The notes beneath the pieces are model-generated. The model did not search any database, was not told the origin of the DNA, and worked only from the letters and a program-made list of their open reading frames with translations. The position numbers and the translations under genes were made by a program. Shown piece by piece: positions 46,886 through 56,707 of a stretch of DNA of 64,000 bases (position 1 is its first letter; every line of letters begins with the position of its first letter). Source of the DNA: an uncultured Phycisphaerales bacterium (GTDB lineage: Bacteria > Planctomycetota > B15-G4 > CAYZWU01); assembly GCA_964542475.1 (NCBI GenBank), contig CAZIUL010000020.1:540-64539 (forward strand), read 5' to 3'.

Positions 46886-48454
46886 ATGGCCAAGGTGCTT
46901 TTCATTTTTCCGAGCATCAACGCACAGGAGGGTTTCAGCCACGGGATCGCTTCCCTTTCCGGGGCGCTCGAGGCCATGGGCTGTGAGACAAAACTGATCC
47001 ATCTGAGCGACTCGCTCTTCGACCTCCCCACCGCTGACGAGCTCGCCTCGAAGGTCATGGATTTCGATCCTCACCTGATCTGTTTCTCAGCCATGTCTCA
47101 GCAGTACAAGTACGCGCTTGAAATCGCGCGCGAGCTCAAGAAAAGGTTCCCTTTCCCGATAGCCATCGGCGGGGTTCACGCAACAATGGTCCCGGACGAG
47201 GTTGCTTCGGATGATGTGTTCGATTTCATAGGCATCGGAGAGTGCGACAAAGCATTGCCGGCGCTCATGGAAGCGCTGACAAACGACACAGGCTTTACTT
47301 CCATTCCAAACATCTGGGCAAAGACCGATTCCGGGTATAAAAGGAACACGGTTGCCGCCTACCCGGATCTCGAACTTCTGCCGGAAAAGAACCACGAAAT
47401 CTTCGCGCTCGACGAGATGCTTCCCAAGATGAACGGCTGGATGTCGATCATCACCTCCCGCGGGTGTCCCTACAGCTGCTCCTACTGCTTCAACCACCAG
47501 ATCAGAGAGCTTTACAAGCGCGACGCGGGGCAAACCCCATCGGATTACATCAGGCGCTACCCGATAAAACGCGTCATCCGTGAAATGAAAACCATCAAGG
47601 AGATGCATCCCTCGCTCAAGGTCTTCATCGTTGATGACGACCTTTTCACGCTCAACGAGGAGTACGTGCTGTCCTTCTGCGAGGCTTACGCGTCATCCGG
47701 CCTTGACCTCCCGTTCGTGGTGAACGGGCACGTACAGGCGTTCAACCGCCGCATGGCAAAGGCTCTCAAGGCTGCCGGGTGCATGATCCTGAAGTTCGGT
47801 GTGGAGAGCGGCTCCGAAAGGATCCGCAAGGATGTGCTCAAAAGACAGATGAAGGACAAGGCCATATACGAGGCGTTCGAGACGGCGCACGAGGAAGGGC
47901 TGCACACATCAGCGTTCATCATGATCGGACTTCCCACCGAAGGGCGAAAGGATGTCGACGACACGATCGACATGCTGGCCGGGATCGCGCCCGGAAGGTT
48001 CCGCTGGGCCGTTTTCTACCCTTTTCCAGGCACTTCCATACACCGCTTCTGCCTGGACAAGCAGTTGATCGACCTGAAAAGGATGGCGGCTCTTGACAAC
48101 TTCTACGAGGCATCTCCTCTCTGCTTCGATCCGGCCCAGGAGCTTTTGATCAAAAAGCTCCAGCGCGCGTTTCACTGGTACGTGAACGCTCGTTCAAGCT
48201 TTGGCAGCGCTCCTTTGTATGCAAAAGAGGTGGAAGCGATCGAAAACGCATCAGAACAGGAATGGGCTGCAAGGTCTGAACGGTTCATGGACGAGGACAG
48301 AAAAATGTCCGAAAAAATGACCGCGCAATCACGGCTTCATTACTCAATCCGGTTCACCCAGGTGATGGCAGTAAGGTCCGATTTCCAGGAAGCCGGAACA
48401 GAGACCTCACTGCCGGCCAAGGAGTGGAAATCAAAACCCCGGAAATCGTTGTGA
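46886..48454 (+). CDS. Cobalamin-binding (class B) radical SAM enzyme
   Basis: N-terminal B12-binding-like Rossmann domain, CxxxCxxC motif SRGCPYSCSYC, followed by the TIM-barrel region; 522 aa. Confidence 0.75.
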   Translation: MAKVLFIFPSINAQEGFSHGIASLSGALEAMGCETKLIHLSDSLFDLPTADELASKVMDFDPHLICFSAMSQQYKYALEIARELKKRFPFPIAIGGVHATMVPDEVASDDVFDFIGIGECDKALPALMEALTNDTGFTSIPNIWAKTDSGYKRNTVAAYPDLELLPEKNHEIFALDEMLPKMNGWMSIITSRGCPYSCSYCFNHQIRELYKRDAGQTPSDYIRRYPIKRVIREMKTIKEMHPSLKVFIVDDDLFTLNEEYVLSFCEAYASSGLDLPFVVNGHVQAFNRRMAKALKAAGCMILKFGVESGSERIRKDVLKRQMKDKAIYEAFETAHEEGLHTSAFIMIGLPTEGRKDVDDTIDMLAGIAPGRFRWAVFYPFPGTSIHRFCLDKQLIDLKRMAALDNFYEASPLCFDPAQELLIKKLQRAFHWYVNARSSFGSAPLYAKEVEAIENASEQEWAARSERFMDEDRKMSEKMTAQSRLHYSIRFTQVMAVRSDFQEAGTETSLPAKEWKSKPRKSL

Positions 48455-48518
48455 ACGGTTCGGGGAAACCGCGAACAGCTTTGTATGCAAAGCCGTTTTT
48501 TTTCGGTGTTGGACACGA

Positions 48519-49022
48519 ATGAGAATAACACGTTTTATAAGCGAAGACCTGATAAAGCTCGACATGGAGACATGCCGGGATCCGGAGATCGATGATTCGC
48601 TCGAAGGCGACAGACTCATCGCCTGCTACCGCGAACGAGTCATCGGGGAGGTGGCGGACCTGCTCTGCGAATCCGGCAAGGTCGGCAACAGGCAGAAGCT
48701 CTTCACCGATCTTTTGAACCGGGAAAAAAGGGCATGCACTGCCATCGGCCAAGCGTTCGCAATCCCACACGTGCGAACTCTTCAGGCAAAAGACACGATC
48801 ATCGGGTTCATGCGCTCCTGGCGGGGAGTGCCCTTCGGAGCTGCGGACGGGCTGGATGTGCAGGTGTTCATTCCCATTGTCGGGCCGCCTTACAACGACA
48901 AGCTGTACCTGAAAATCTACAGGCGCCTGGGTGAGCTGTTTTCGGAAGAAGGCGTGATCGACCGTTTCATGGACATCGAACAGCCCGGAGAGGTGATCAG
49001 AATCCTGGGCAGCATTTCCTGA
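48519..49022 (+). CDS. PTS EIIA-Ntr (PtsN)-like regulatory protein
   Basis: GQAFAIPHVRT active-site His motif; about 167 aa. Confidence 0.65.
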   Translation: MRITRFISEDLIKLDMETCRDPEIDDSLEGDRLIACYRERVIGEVADLLCESGKVGNRQKLFTDLLNREKRACTAIGQAFAIPHVRTLQAKDTIIGFMRSWRGVPFGAADGLDVQVFIPIVGPPYNDKLYLKIYRRLGELFSEEGVIDRFMDIEQPGEVIRILGSIS

Positions 49023-49056
49023 CCCGGGGCGCATCTACAAAAAGGAGAAAAAAGGA

Positions 49057-49248
49057 ATGGAATGCAACAAGGAAGAGAACGCCAAGAGCTGCGCGTGCAC
49101 CTATTCGAGCTGCGACAAACGCGGCCTTTGCTGCGCCTGCGTGGTCTACCATCGCGACCGTGGAGAGCTGCCGGGGTGCTTTTTCACAAAAAAGGGTGAA
49201 CGCACATACGACCGGTCCATCAAGAACTACATGAAGAATCACTTGTAA
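49057..49248 (+). CDS. 63-aa cysteine-rich small protein (8 Cys: C-x8-C-x-C-x4-C-x5-CC-x-C-x12-C)
   Basis: SD aaaggag 9 nt upstream; high GC3 in this frame; the Cys spacing is non-random. Confidence 0.5.
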   Translation: MECNKEENAKSCACTYSSCDKRGLCCACVVYHRDRGELPGCFFTKKGERTYDRSIKNYMKNHL

Positions 49249-49253
49249 TGGAG

Positions 49254-49273
49254 GGTCGGGTTCCTTCCCGACC
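49254..49273. terminator. Candidate bidirectional hairpin (ggtcggg-ttcctt-cccgacc) between convergent operons; no T tract
   Basis: 7-bp GC stem seen in sequence. Confidence 0.25.
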
Positions 49274-49297
49274 GCAAGATCCGGGCGCCAAGACAGG

Positions 49298-51082
49298 CTA
49301 TGGCATCTCAACCGCCGCGGCAGCGCCGTTCTTTCCGGAAAAGAACAGGTATGTGTGTTTTTCCGGTTTCAGTGCCCGCATCTCGTCAACGGTCACGATC
49401 GGCCAGAGCTTTTTCATGTCGAAATCAAAGCTCTCCTCCCGCGCCCCTTCGGGTCTTGGCTTCCCTACGAGCGCGCCCTTGTCGAGGATCCGGTTGTGCT
49501 GCGGGTCGGTTGTGATGCAGTTGACATCGAGCGCGTCCGTAAACACCGCGCTCTCGGAAGTCACGGACCTTCTCGAATAGATGTAACGCAAGAGCTCCCT
49601 CATGTGCCTCGACAGATCCGCCAATCCCTTCGTCGCAAAAAGCCCGGCAGCGCTCTCCTCGAACAGATCAGCCAAACGATCGAGCAGCTCTTCATCCACC
49701 CTGTTGCTGTGCAGCTCTGAGAGGCTTTCGTGAAGCCCGGCGTTGTACGCGTGCCACGCCCACATCTCGATCAGATCGCCGGCCGGAACCCCTGTAAGCT
49801 TCGAAAGCCGGTAAAAAATCGGCTGCATCTGCCTGTTCCAGTCCGTCATCGCCTTTCCGATCATTACCTGATCCGCGGGAAAGGTGGAGTTGGACACGAT
49901 CTCGTGGCTGGAGCCTGCCCCGCCCTCCTCGATCCCGAACCGCTTCGCTTCCGTGTGAAGCATCGTTCGAGGCAGAACCTCCAGGTTGAACGCAAAAACA
50001 TTAGTGGGCTCCTTTGAATAGACCCAGCTTAGCGACTCCTTGAAGCTCTCGAGGTCATCCCCCGGTAGACCCATTATGATCTCGAGTCCGAGAAGGCAGC
50101 TCTTGTTCACCGCTAGCCGGTCGAGAAGGGCTCCGATCCGGTCGGGGTCCCATTTCCTGTTTATGTTCTCCATTGCCTTGTGGCTCAAGGTCTGGAGCCC
50201 CAGCCCGAGATAGGTGAGCCGGGTTTTGCCGACCGCTTCGACAAAAGCCTCGTCCAGCAGGTTCGGGTGCGCTTCGATCCACAGCGCAGCATCAAGCGAT
50301 ATCTCCGCCATCCGGTCGAGCAGACGCTTCGCCCGCTTCCTGTCGAGGTTGAACGTGGAGTCCACGCAAAAAACCTTTTCAGCCCCGTGGGCCTTGAAAA
50401 AATCGAGCTCAGCTTCCGCCCTGGACAGGGAAAACGCGGCAACGGGGCGGTTCCCCCCGTAGTCACAGTATGCGCACTTGAACGGGCATCCCCTGGTGGT
50501 CTGGAAATAAACACCGCCCTGAACCTCGTCCACGCCGAGAACATTGCTCAGGTATGGAGATTCGTAACAATCGAGATCCTTTGCGGGCATCCTGGTCTTC
50601 GAGAGAAAAGGGCTGCCGTCATCCTTTCGGACAGCGATCCCGGGCACATTCCCGGGCTTCCCGTCTTTCAGCAGCTCGTGCAGGATCCCGCGGAAATTCT
50701 CCTCTCCCTCCCCCACCGACACAAAATCCACACCCGGATTCTCCCGAAGCACTTCCTCGTAGTGGTAATCGACCTCGGGGCCGCCGAGAAAAACGAGCTG
50801 GCCCGGTGTGATCCTCTTGAGCTGCTTCACGATATCGAGAACCCGTGGCGTGTTCCACACGTAGCATCCGAAGCAAACCAGGTCCGGGCCTTCCGCCGCA
50901 ACCTCTTCCGCTATCTGCGCCGCCTCTTTAATGCGTGTGTCGTAATATTGGTGATCGATGCGCAACCGGTCCGAAAGCTCTTTGTCAGCGAGGGCATGCG
51001 CATGGATGTAGCCCAGCCCCAGGAACTTCCTGTGGAAGGTGAAGGGCGTTGGATACGAGGCTGATGCAAGGAGGACCTTCAT
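49298..51082 (-). CDS. Cobalamin-binding (class B) radical SAM enzyme, second paralog-class member
   Basis: CxxxCxxC motif TTRGCPFKCAYC; N-terminal B12-binding-like domain; 594 aa; downstream of iorAB on the same strand. Confidence 0.75.
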   Translation of the reverse strand: MKVLLASASYPTPFTFHRKFLGLGYIHAHALADKELSDRLRIDHQYYDTRIKEAAQIAEEVAAEGPDLVCFGCYVWNTPRVLDIVKQLKRITPGQLVFLGGPEVDYHYEEVLRENPGVDFVSVGEGEENFRGILHELLKDGKPGNVPGIAVRKDDGSPFLSKTRMPAKDLDCYESPYLSNVLGVDEVQGGVYFQTTRGCPFKCAYCDYGGNRPVAAFSLSRAEAELDFFKAHGAEKVFCVDSTFNLDRKRAKRLLDRMAEISLDAALWIEAHPNLLDEAFVEAVGKTRLTYLGLGLQTLSHKAMENINRKWDPDRIGALLDRLAVNKSCLLGLEIIMGLPGDDLESFKESLSWVYSKEPTNVFAFNLEVLPRTMLHTEAKRFGIEEGGAGSSHEIVSNSTFPADQVMIGKAMTDWNRQMQPIFYRLSKLTGVPAGDLIEMWAWHAYNAGLHESLSELHSNRVDEELLDRLADLFEESAAGLFATKGLADLSRHMRELLRYIYSRRSVTSESAVFTDALDVNCITTDPQHNRILDKGALVGKPRPEGAREESFDFDMKKLWPIVTVDEMRALKPEKHTYLFFSGKNGAAAAVEMP

Positions 51083-51094
51083 TCGCTCAAACGC

Positions 51095-51883
51095 TTAAAT
51101 CGCACCCTTATCAAGGAGTTCCAATGCCCTGGCTGTGGTACCGGAGATCTTCTCCCCATCCGCTTCGGCTTTTGACGCAAGCCCGGGATGCTTCTTGAAG
51201 ATCTCCTTCCACACAGGCAGCGAGTCGTCTTCTAGGTCGCGTGGATCCAGAACCGCTGCCAGGACGCGGACATCCGCGGGCAACAACCCCTTCTCCAGCG
51301 CGGCTCGGAAATACCCGCTCATACGGGCCCCGAAATCGAAAGCGTTCCTGTTCACATCAACAGCCTTTTCCCCCTTTGATTTGAAGAGTGCGTCAACGAA
51401 CTCCAGGCATGTCTCGGTGCTGAACGGCAGAAGGGGCGCAGCCGCTCCGAGCATGACCATGTTCTGCGCCTTCGCGCTGCCCGCGAGCTTCGCAAGCGCG
51501 CCCGAATCGAGAAGAACGTGCCTTTCGAGCAGTGCTATCTTTTCGTAAAGCCCGCCCGGCTCGGGGTAATCTGAAATGTTCCTGAAAGGTGTCGAGCTGG
51601 AGATTACAACGCCGTCCGGTTTCAAATATTGGACGTAACGGAGCGCCTCCAACGGATCCACGCTCAACACGAGGTCCGCGGAGCCCTCTGCGATAAGATC
51701 GCTCCAGATCTCGTTCTTGCTGAACCGGATATGGGACTGGACAGCCCCGCCCCGCTGGGACATCCCGTGAACCTCCGCCTGCTTGAACCGATATCCCTCC
51801 TTCATGGCCGCGTTGTCCAGCACAAAGGCGATGGAAAGGATGCCCTGGCCGCCCACGCCCGAAACAATGATGTTCATATCCAT
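51095..51883 (-). CDS. iorB: Indolepyruvate:ferredoxin oxidoreductase, beta subunit
   Basis: MNIIVSGVGGQGIL N-terminus; start trimmed to avoid a long overlap with iorA. Confidence 0.75.
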   Translation of the reverse strand: MDMNIIVSGVGGQGILSIAFVLDNAAMKEGYRFKQAEVHGMSQRGGAVQSHIRFSKNEIWSDLIAEGSADLVLSVDPLEALRYVQYLKPDGVVISSSTPFRNISDYPEPGGLYEKIALLERHVLLDSGALAKLAGSAKAQNMVMLGAAAPLLPFSTETCLEFVDALFKSKGEKAVDVNRNAFDFGARMSGYFRAALEKGLLPADVRVLAAVLDPRDLEDDSLPVWKEIFKKHPGLASKAEADGEKISGTTARALELLDKGAI

Positions 51884-51894
51884 CTGATCCTCCG

Positions 51895-53472
51895 TTACTT
51901 TCTGATCTGGATGCACGGCCGTGTGGGAATGATGACCGAGAGCCCGCTGTAGGCTATCTCGCTCTTGAACAGGGCCACGTTTTCCGCGTGGTGTTTCGGC
52001 AATGGATTTATCACGTGCAGATGCTCGGGATCGACCCCCGCCCCCTTCAGAAGCGAAACCAGCCCGTCTCCTGTTAGCGCGGTTTCCTGTCGGCCCGTCA
52101 TCGCCGTTATCGAGTTGTCAACGATGACGAGCACCATGTTTGTGTCGTTGGCGACCGCGTCGATGAGCGGTGTTATGCCCGAGTGCGCAAAGGTTGAATC
52201 ACCGAGAAGAGCCAGGCACGGGTGGATGCCCGCGGCAGCCGCCCCGTTCGCCATGCTCACGCTGGCACCCATGTCCACGCAGGAGTGAATTGCATTGTAC
52301 GGGGGCAGGGCGCCGAGCGTATAACACCCGATGTCCGAGAACACCCGCGCTTCGGGGTACTCCTTCAGAATCTCGCCGATCGCCTTGTAGGTGTCGACGT
52401 GCGGGCACCCCTTGCAGAGCGCCGGCGGACGGCCGGCCAAAGGCTCGATCACGCTCGAGGCGGCGGGCAGGGGATCCAGCCCGAGCGACGCGCGAACGAT
52501 CGTGGGCGTCAGTTCGCCTGTGCGCGGCAGGCTGCCGTCGAGCTTGCCGTGAACCGGTACAGGCGCCGAATCCATGAAGCCGCGAATGGAGGACTCGATG
52601 AAGGGATAACCGTCTTCGAGTATGAGAACCTCGTCGCAGAAATCGAGTAGCTTTGCGATGAGCGGGCGCGGCATGGGAAAGGTACCCGCCTTGAGAAACG
52701 AAACATCGTCGGCTCCATGGCGCGCGTTCTCCATGAAATAGTTGAAGGCCACACCGGATGCAATCACGCCGAGCTTTTTTCCTTTCAAATCGAGCCGGTT
52801 GAACGGAAGCTCCCAGAGTCTCTTCTCCACATCCGCCCACCTGTTGCAAAGCCTGGCGAAGCTTCGCCTGGCGTTCACCGGAAGAAGCGTGAAAATGCCT
52901 CGATCCTCGCTCTTCGGAAGCTCCTGCCTGGCCTGCTTTTTCTTGCCGGTGACAAGGCTCCGGCTGTGCGCAAGACGTGTGACCAGACGGATCATGATCG
53001 GAAGGCCCAGCTCCTCGGAAAGGCTGAACGCCTCGTAGGTCATGTCGTACGCTTCCTGCTGGTTGCTCGGTTCGAGGCACGGCACATGGCCGAAAGTAGA
53101 ATAGTAACGGCTGTCCTGCTCGTTCTGCGAGCTGTGCATTCCCGGATCGTCCGCAACACACACTACCAACCCGCCGTTGACACCCGTGATGCCGGAGTTC
53201 ATGAAAGGGTCAGCCGCCACGTTGAGACCCACATGCTTCATGGACACCGTGCAGCGCCTGCCGGCATAGGACATGCCCAGCGCCTCTTCGTAAGCCACCT
53301 TCTCGTTGGTGGACCATTTCGTGTAAATCCCGCTGCCCTTGGGCTTTCGCGCCATGACATACTCGAAGATCTCGGTGGCAGGGGTTCCCGGGTATGAAAA
53401 AGCGCCGCTGATTCCCGCGTCGATCGCAGCCTGCGCCACAGCCTCGTCACCCATCAAAATCATCTGACTCAT
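51895..53472 (-). CDS. iorA: Indolepyruvate:ferredoxin oxidoreductase, alpha subunit (TPP-binding)
   Basis: Overall 2-oxoacid:ferredoxin oxidoreductase alpha architecture; 525 aa. Confidence 0.75.
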   Translation of the reverse strand: MSQMILMGDEAVAQAAIDAGISGAFSYPGTPATEIFEYVMARKPKGSGIYTKWSTNEKVAYEEALGMSYAGRRCTVSMKHVGLNVAADPFMNSGITGVNGGLVVCVADDPGMHSSQNEQDSRYYSTFGHVPCLEPSNQQEAYDMTYEAFSLSEELGLPIMIRLVTRLAHSRSLVTGKKKQARQELPKSEDRGIFTLLPVNARRSFARLCNRWADVEKRLWELPFNRLDLKGKKLGVIASGVAFNYFMENARHGADDVSFLKAGTFPMPRPLIAKLLDFCDEVLILEDGYPFIESSIRGFMDSAPVPVHGKLDGSLPRTGELTPTIVRASLGLDPLPAASSVIEPLAGRPPALCKGCPHVDTYKAIGEILKEYPEARVFSDIGCYTLGALPPYNAIHSCVDMGASVSMANGAAAAGIHPCLALLGDSTFAHSGITPLIDAVANDTNMVLVIVDNSITAMTGRQETALTGDGLVSLLKGAGVDPEHLHVINPLPKHHAENVALFKSEIAYSGLSVIIPTRPCIQIRK

Positions 53473-53538
53473 GTCTCATCCCTGTATCAAAAGTGTTGAA
53501 AAGAGATCGAAACTCCCAGTGCATGGTAATTCGGTAAG

Positions 53539-53709
53539 CCGCTTATTTCATATTCTTCGTCGCGAGGTAGCTGTAAACTGTGATGTGGCAAGGCACATGT
53601 CAGGTGACGACCGCAGGCCTGTTCTTACAGGTTGAGGATCGTCACCTGGCATGAAACGCAGCCACGGCGCAGTTTACGGTGCTGCAGCAGAAGAGGATGA
53701 AATATGCGG
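53539..53709. repeat. Family A palindromic repeat, copy 4
   Basis: Identity to copies 1-3; flanks gtaag / tttaac. Confidence 0.8.
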
Positions 53710-53814
53710 TTTAACTTTAATCGATGTGGAAAGGGTTGTCAAGGGGAGGCAAATAAGGCTTTGGGAAAAGGAGGAGGAAGAGAAAGAAAGAAGATTATCC
53801 ATCAATAACAATTG

Positions 53815-54040
53815 ACCCTAATGCGTCATTTTTTCAAACGCAAACTCGCAGCCAGGCGCGCAGGGAGGGGGTCGACGGCGAGTTCCGCAGCGTGCCGCCC
53901 AGCCTTTATCCGTCACCTTACGTGGCCGGTAGAATCGAGCATTATGGCCGGCACGCGAGGATGTTTGAGCCCGGAGCGCCCCCTTCCTGCGCGCCTGAAC
54001 CAGCTTCAACCGGAACTGTTTTTTTGACGCATTAAGGTTG
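53815..54040. repeat. Family B-like element bounded by inverted ccttaatgcgtca termini (second locus)
   Basis: Left cctaatgcgtcatttttt, right tttttttgacgcattaagg; interior unrelated to the 23497..23690 copy. Confidence 0.5.
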
Positions 54041-54121
54041 GTTGCTAATAATTGTCTCAAATAATTCCCCAAAATATGGATATGAACGCGGATTTTCAGG
54101 CCCTCGCCTGAATCAGAACCG

Positions 54122-55822
54122 ATGAATTGTAAACCTCGATTTTTCAAAACCCTGTTTACACGGTCACGCACAATGAACGAAACATACCGCTATCGCAAGC
54201 TTCTGCACTTCGGAACCCTTCTTCTCCGCGAATCAACACCCGGAGATCTCCAGAAAAACCTGCTCGAGCTCCTGCCCGAGGTTATCGAAATCGACGCGGC
54301 CGCGCTTTTCACCCGCTCTGAAAAAGGTTTCTGGTCAGCAGAAGCCTCACCAGCGAGCGGCAAACTTCTCGACAGTCTCGGACCCAAGCTCAAACGTTAC
54401 GCGGGCAAGATGAACAGCAGGCATCCGGGACAGAAAGCCATGGTCAATCCGTTGATCATCGGCCCGGCGGAAGAGAACGGCCCCACGCGCTTTCCCGTGA
54501 TCGCGGCGTTTCCTCTCGTGGTAATGGGAGAGATCACAGCGTTCATCGTCGCGGCAAGGCGGTCAAGGGAATCGTTCAGCACCGACGACTTCAACAGGCT
54601 CGACAATGTGTCAGCCATCCTTTCCACCTGCATGGAGAACCAATCAGGCATAAAACGGGCCAGGCTTCACGCGGACAATCTCGAGGCACACAACCGCATT
54701 CTCGTCGAAACACTGCCTGACGGATTGGTCAGGGTGAACAACAGGTTCGAGGTGCTGGAGGCGAACAGGTACGCGAGCGAACTTCTTCAACTGAAGCCCG
54801 AAGAGATAATCGGAATGAAGTGCTTTGATACCGTTTGCAACGAAAAGCGGTCAACCTGCCCCGTGTTCAGCAGCGAACGCGACCACCTGACTTTTGAGAG
54901 CACGCTGCCCGTCCACAACGGGCAAGGCTGTAATGAAGTACATGTCCTGAAAAGCACGCGCCGCTACAGCCTGGGAGGCGAAAAGTTCGCCATCTGCACG
55001 TTCAAGGACATCTCGAAGCTCAAGCTCATGGATCAAAAGCTCAAGGACTACGCGGAGAACCTGGAAAAGAAGGTTGAAGAGCGGACAGCAGACCTCAAAG
55101 AGGCGCAGCGCCACCTGCTGCAGTCCGAAAAGCTGGCAGCCACCGGGCGCCTCGCAGCCTCCATCGCCCACGAAATCAACAGCCCGGTCTACGGAATCAA
55201 GGGATGCCTGCAGTCCATCCGCGACGAGCTTTCCCTGGATGCGGATTTGCGAGGATTCGTGGATCTTTCCCTCGAGGAAACGGACAGGATCTCGGACCTG
55301 ATAAGAAAGATGCAGAACCTGAACCGCGTGTCGGACGGAAAACGCTCCGTTCAGGACATCAAATCGGTTCTCAAGGATATGCTCGTTCTCTGCAACCCGT
55401 ATCTCCAGGAAAAAAGAATATCGCTCCAGACCAGCTTCGACCGGAAGATGTATCGCGCCTTGGTCTGCGAGGATGAGATCAAACAGGTCTTCATCAACCT
55501 GATAAACAACGCGGTCGAAGCGATGCAGGACGGCGGAAAGCTCATCATCTCCACGCGAATGCGCGGGGCAACCATGGAGATCGCTTTCGAGGACTCGGGG
55601 TGCGGCATGTCAACAGAGGTGAAAAAAAGGGTGTTCGACGCTTTCTTCACGACCAAGTCCGCTGTGAAAGGCGTTGGGCTCGGCCTGCCAATGTGCTGGG
55701 GAATAGTTCGCAGGCACGGCGGAAACATCCTGGTGGACAGCAAACCCGGCAAAGGCTCCACCTTTGTCGTGATCCTGCCCGCGGCAGGGAAAACCCGCGA
55801 AAAAATTCCTCACAAAGTGTAA
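54122..55822 (+). CDS. Sensor histidine kinase (GAF, PAS, HisKA, HATPase_c), orphan
   Basis: H-box SIAHEINSPV, N/G boxes NLINNAVEA and GVGLGL. Confidence 0.8.
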   Translation: MNCKPRFFKTLFTRSRTMNETYRYRKLLHFGTLLLRESTPGDLQKNLLELLPEVIEIDAAALFTRSEKGFWSAEASPASGKLLDSLGPKLKRYAGKMNSRHPGQKAMVNPLIIGPAEENGPTRFPVIAAFPLVVMGEITAFIVAARRSRESFSTDDFNRLDNVSAILSTCMENQSGIKRARLHADNLEAHNRILVETLPDGLVRVNNRFEVLEANRYASELLQLKPEEIIGMKCFDTVCNEKRSTCPVFSSERDHLTFESTLPVHNGQGCNEVHVLKSTRRYSLGGEKFAICTFKDISKLKLMDQKLKDYAENLEKKVEERTADLKEAQRHLLQSEKLAATGRLAASIAHEINSPVYGIKGCLQSIRDELSLDADLRGFVDLSLEETDRISDLIRKMQNLNRVSDGKRSVQDIKSVLKDMLVLCNPYLQEKRISLQTSFDRKMYRALVCEDEIKQVFINLINNAVEAMQDGGKLIISTRMRGATMEIAFEDSGCGMSTEVKKRVFDAFFTTKSAVKGVGLGLPMCWGIVRRHGGNILVDSKPGKGSTFVVILPAAGKTREKIPHKV

Positions 55823-55876
55823 AATAAACAAGCCATGCGAACATACGGAGAGCGCTCGGTTTGAAAGGATCGGTCC

Positions 55877-56707
55877 ATGAATCCGGATAAAGAAGCTGCG
55901 CATCCGAGCCGCGGCACATCTCCCCTGCCGCTGAAGGCGATCATAGGAGTTTTACACCTGAACCCTCTGCCGGGCAGCCCAGGCTACCCGGGCGCAGGCG
56001 GCCTTGAAGCGGCAAAAGAAGCTGTGCTCGCGGATGCCGGTGCCCTGGAGCAGGGAGGAGTGGACGCGCTTCTGCTGGAAAACTACGGAGACACGCCGTT
56101 TTTACCAGGCCGGGTCGAGCCGCACACGGTGGCGCTCATGTCCGTGATCCTGAAGGAGATCTCGACCAGGAGCAGCCTCCCGCTCGGGGTAAACGTGCTC
56201 AGAAACGATGCTTATGCCGCGCTCGGCATCGCCCTGGCAACAGAAGCCTCCTTCATGAGGGTCAACGTGCTCACCGGCGCATGCACAACGGACCAGGGCA
56301 TCATCCACGGCGAGGCGCACAAGGTGCTCAGGTACAGAAAAAGCTTGAACTCGAGCACTGCGATACTCGCGGATGTGCACGTGAAACACGGCCGTCCGCT
56401 TGCCGCGGGCGAAAGCATCGAAGAAGCGGCGAGGGATGCTTTTTACAGGGGACATGCCGACGGCCTGATCGTAACAGGCCCGGCGACCGGCACAGCCATC
56501 GACCTCAATGATATAGACAAGGTCAAGTCCGCGGTCATTGAAGCGCCGGTTTTTGCGGGAAGCGGTGTGTGCGAGAAGAACGTCAAAGAGATCCTCGCGC
56601 TGGCTGACGGAGTCATCGTTGGAACGTCGCTCGAGCGAGAAGGCAAAACAGGTGCGCCGGTGGATATCAGCCGGGTCGAAAAGCTCGTTCGCGCGGCACG
56701 CGACTAA
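55877..56707 (+). CDS. BtpA/SgcQ-family TIM-barrel protein
   Basis: GVLHLNPLPGSPGY N-terminus typical of the BtpA family. Confidence 0.6.
   Translation: MNPDKEAAHPSRGTSPLPLKAIIGVLHLNPLPGSPGYPGAGGLEAAKEAVLADAGALEQGGVDALLLENYGDTPFLPGRVEPHTVALMSVILKEISTRSSLPLGVNVLRNDAYAALGIALATEASFMRVNVLTGACTTDQGIIHGEAHKVLRYRKSLNSSTAILADVHVKHGRPLAAGESIEEAARDAFYRGHADGLIVTGPATGTAIDLNDIDKVKSAVIEAPVFAGSGVCEKNVKEILALADGVIVGTSLEREGKTGAPVDISRVEKLVRAARD

Noticed and set aside
52199-53161. 320-aa minus-strand ORF
   Set aside because: Alternative frame within iorA; Arg/Pro/Ala-rich composition typical of off-frame GC-rich translation.
53812-54027. 71-aa ORF
   Set aside because: Lies entirely inside the family B-like element; no RBS and no coding-like composition.
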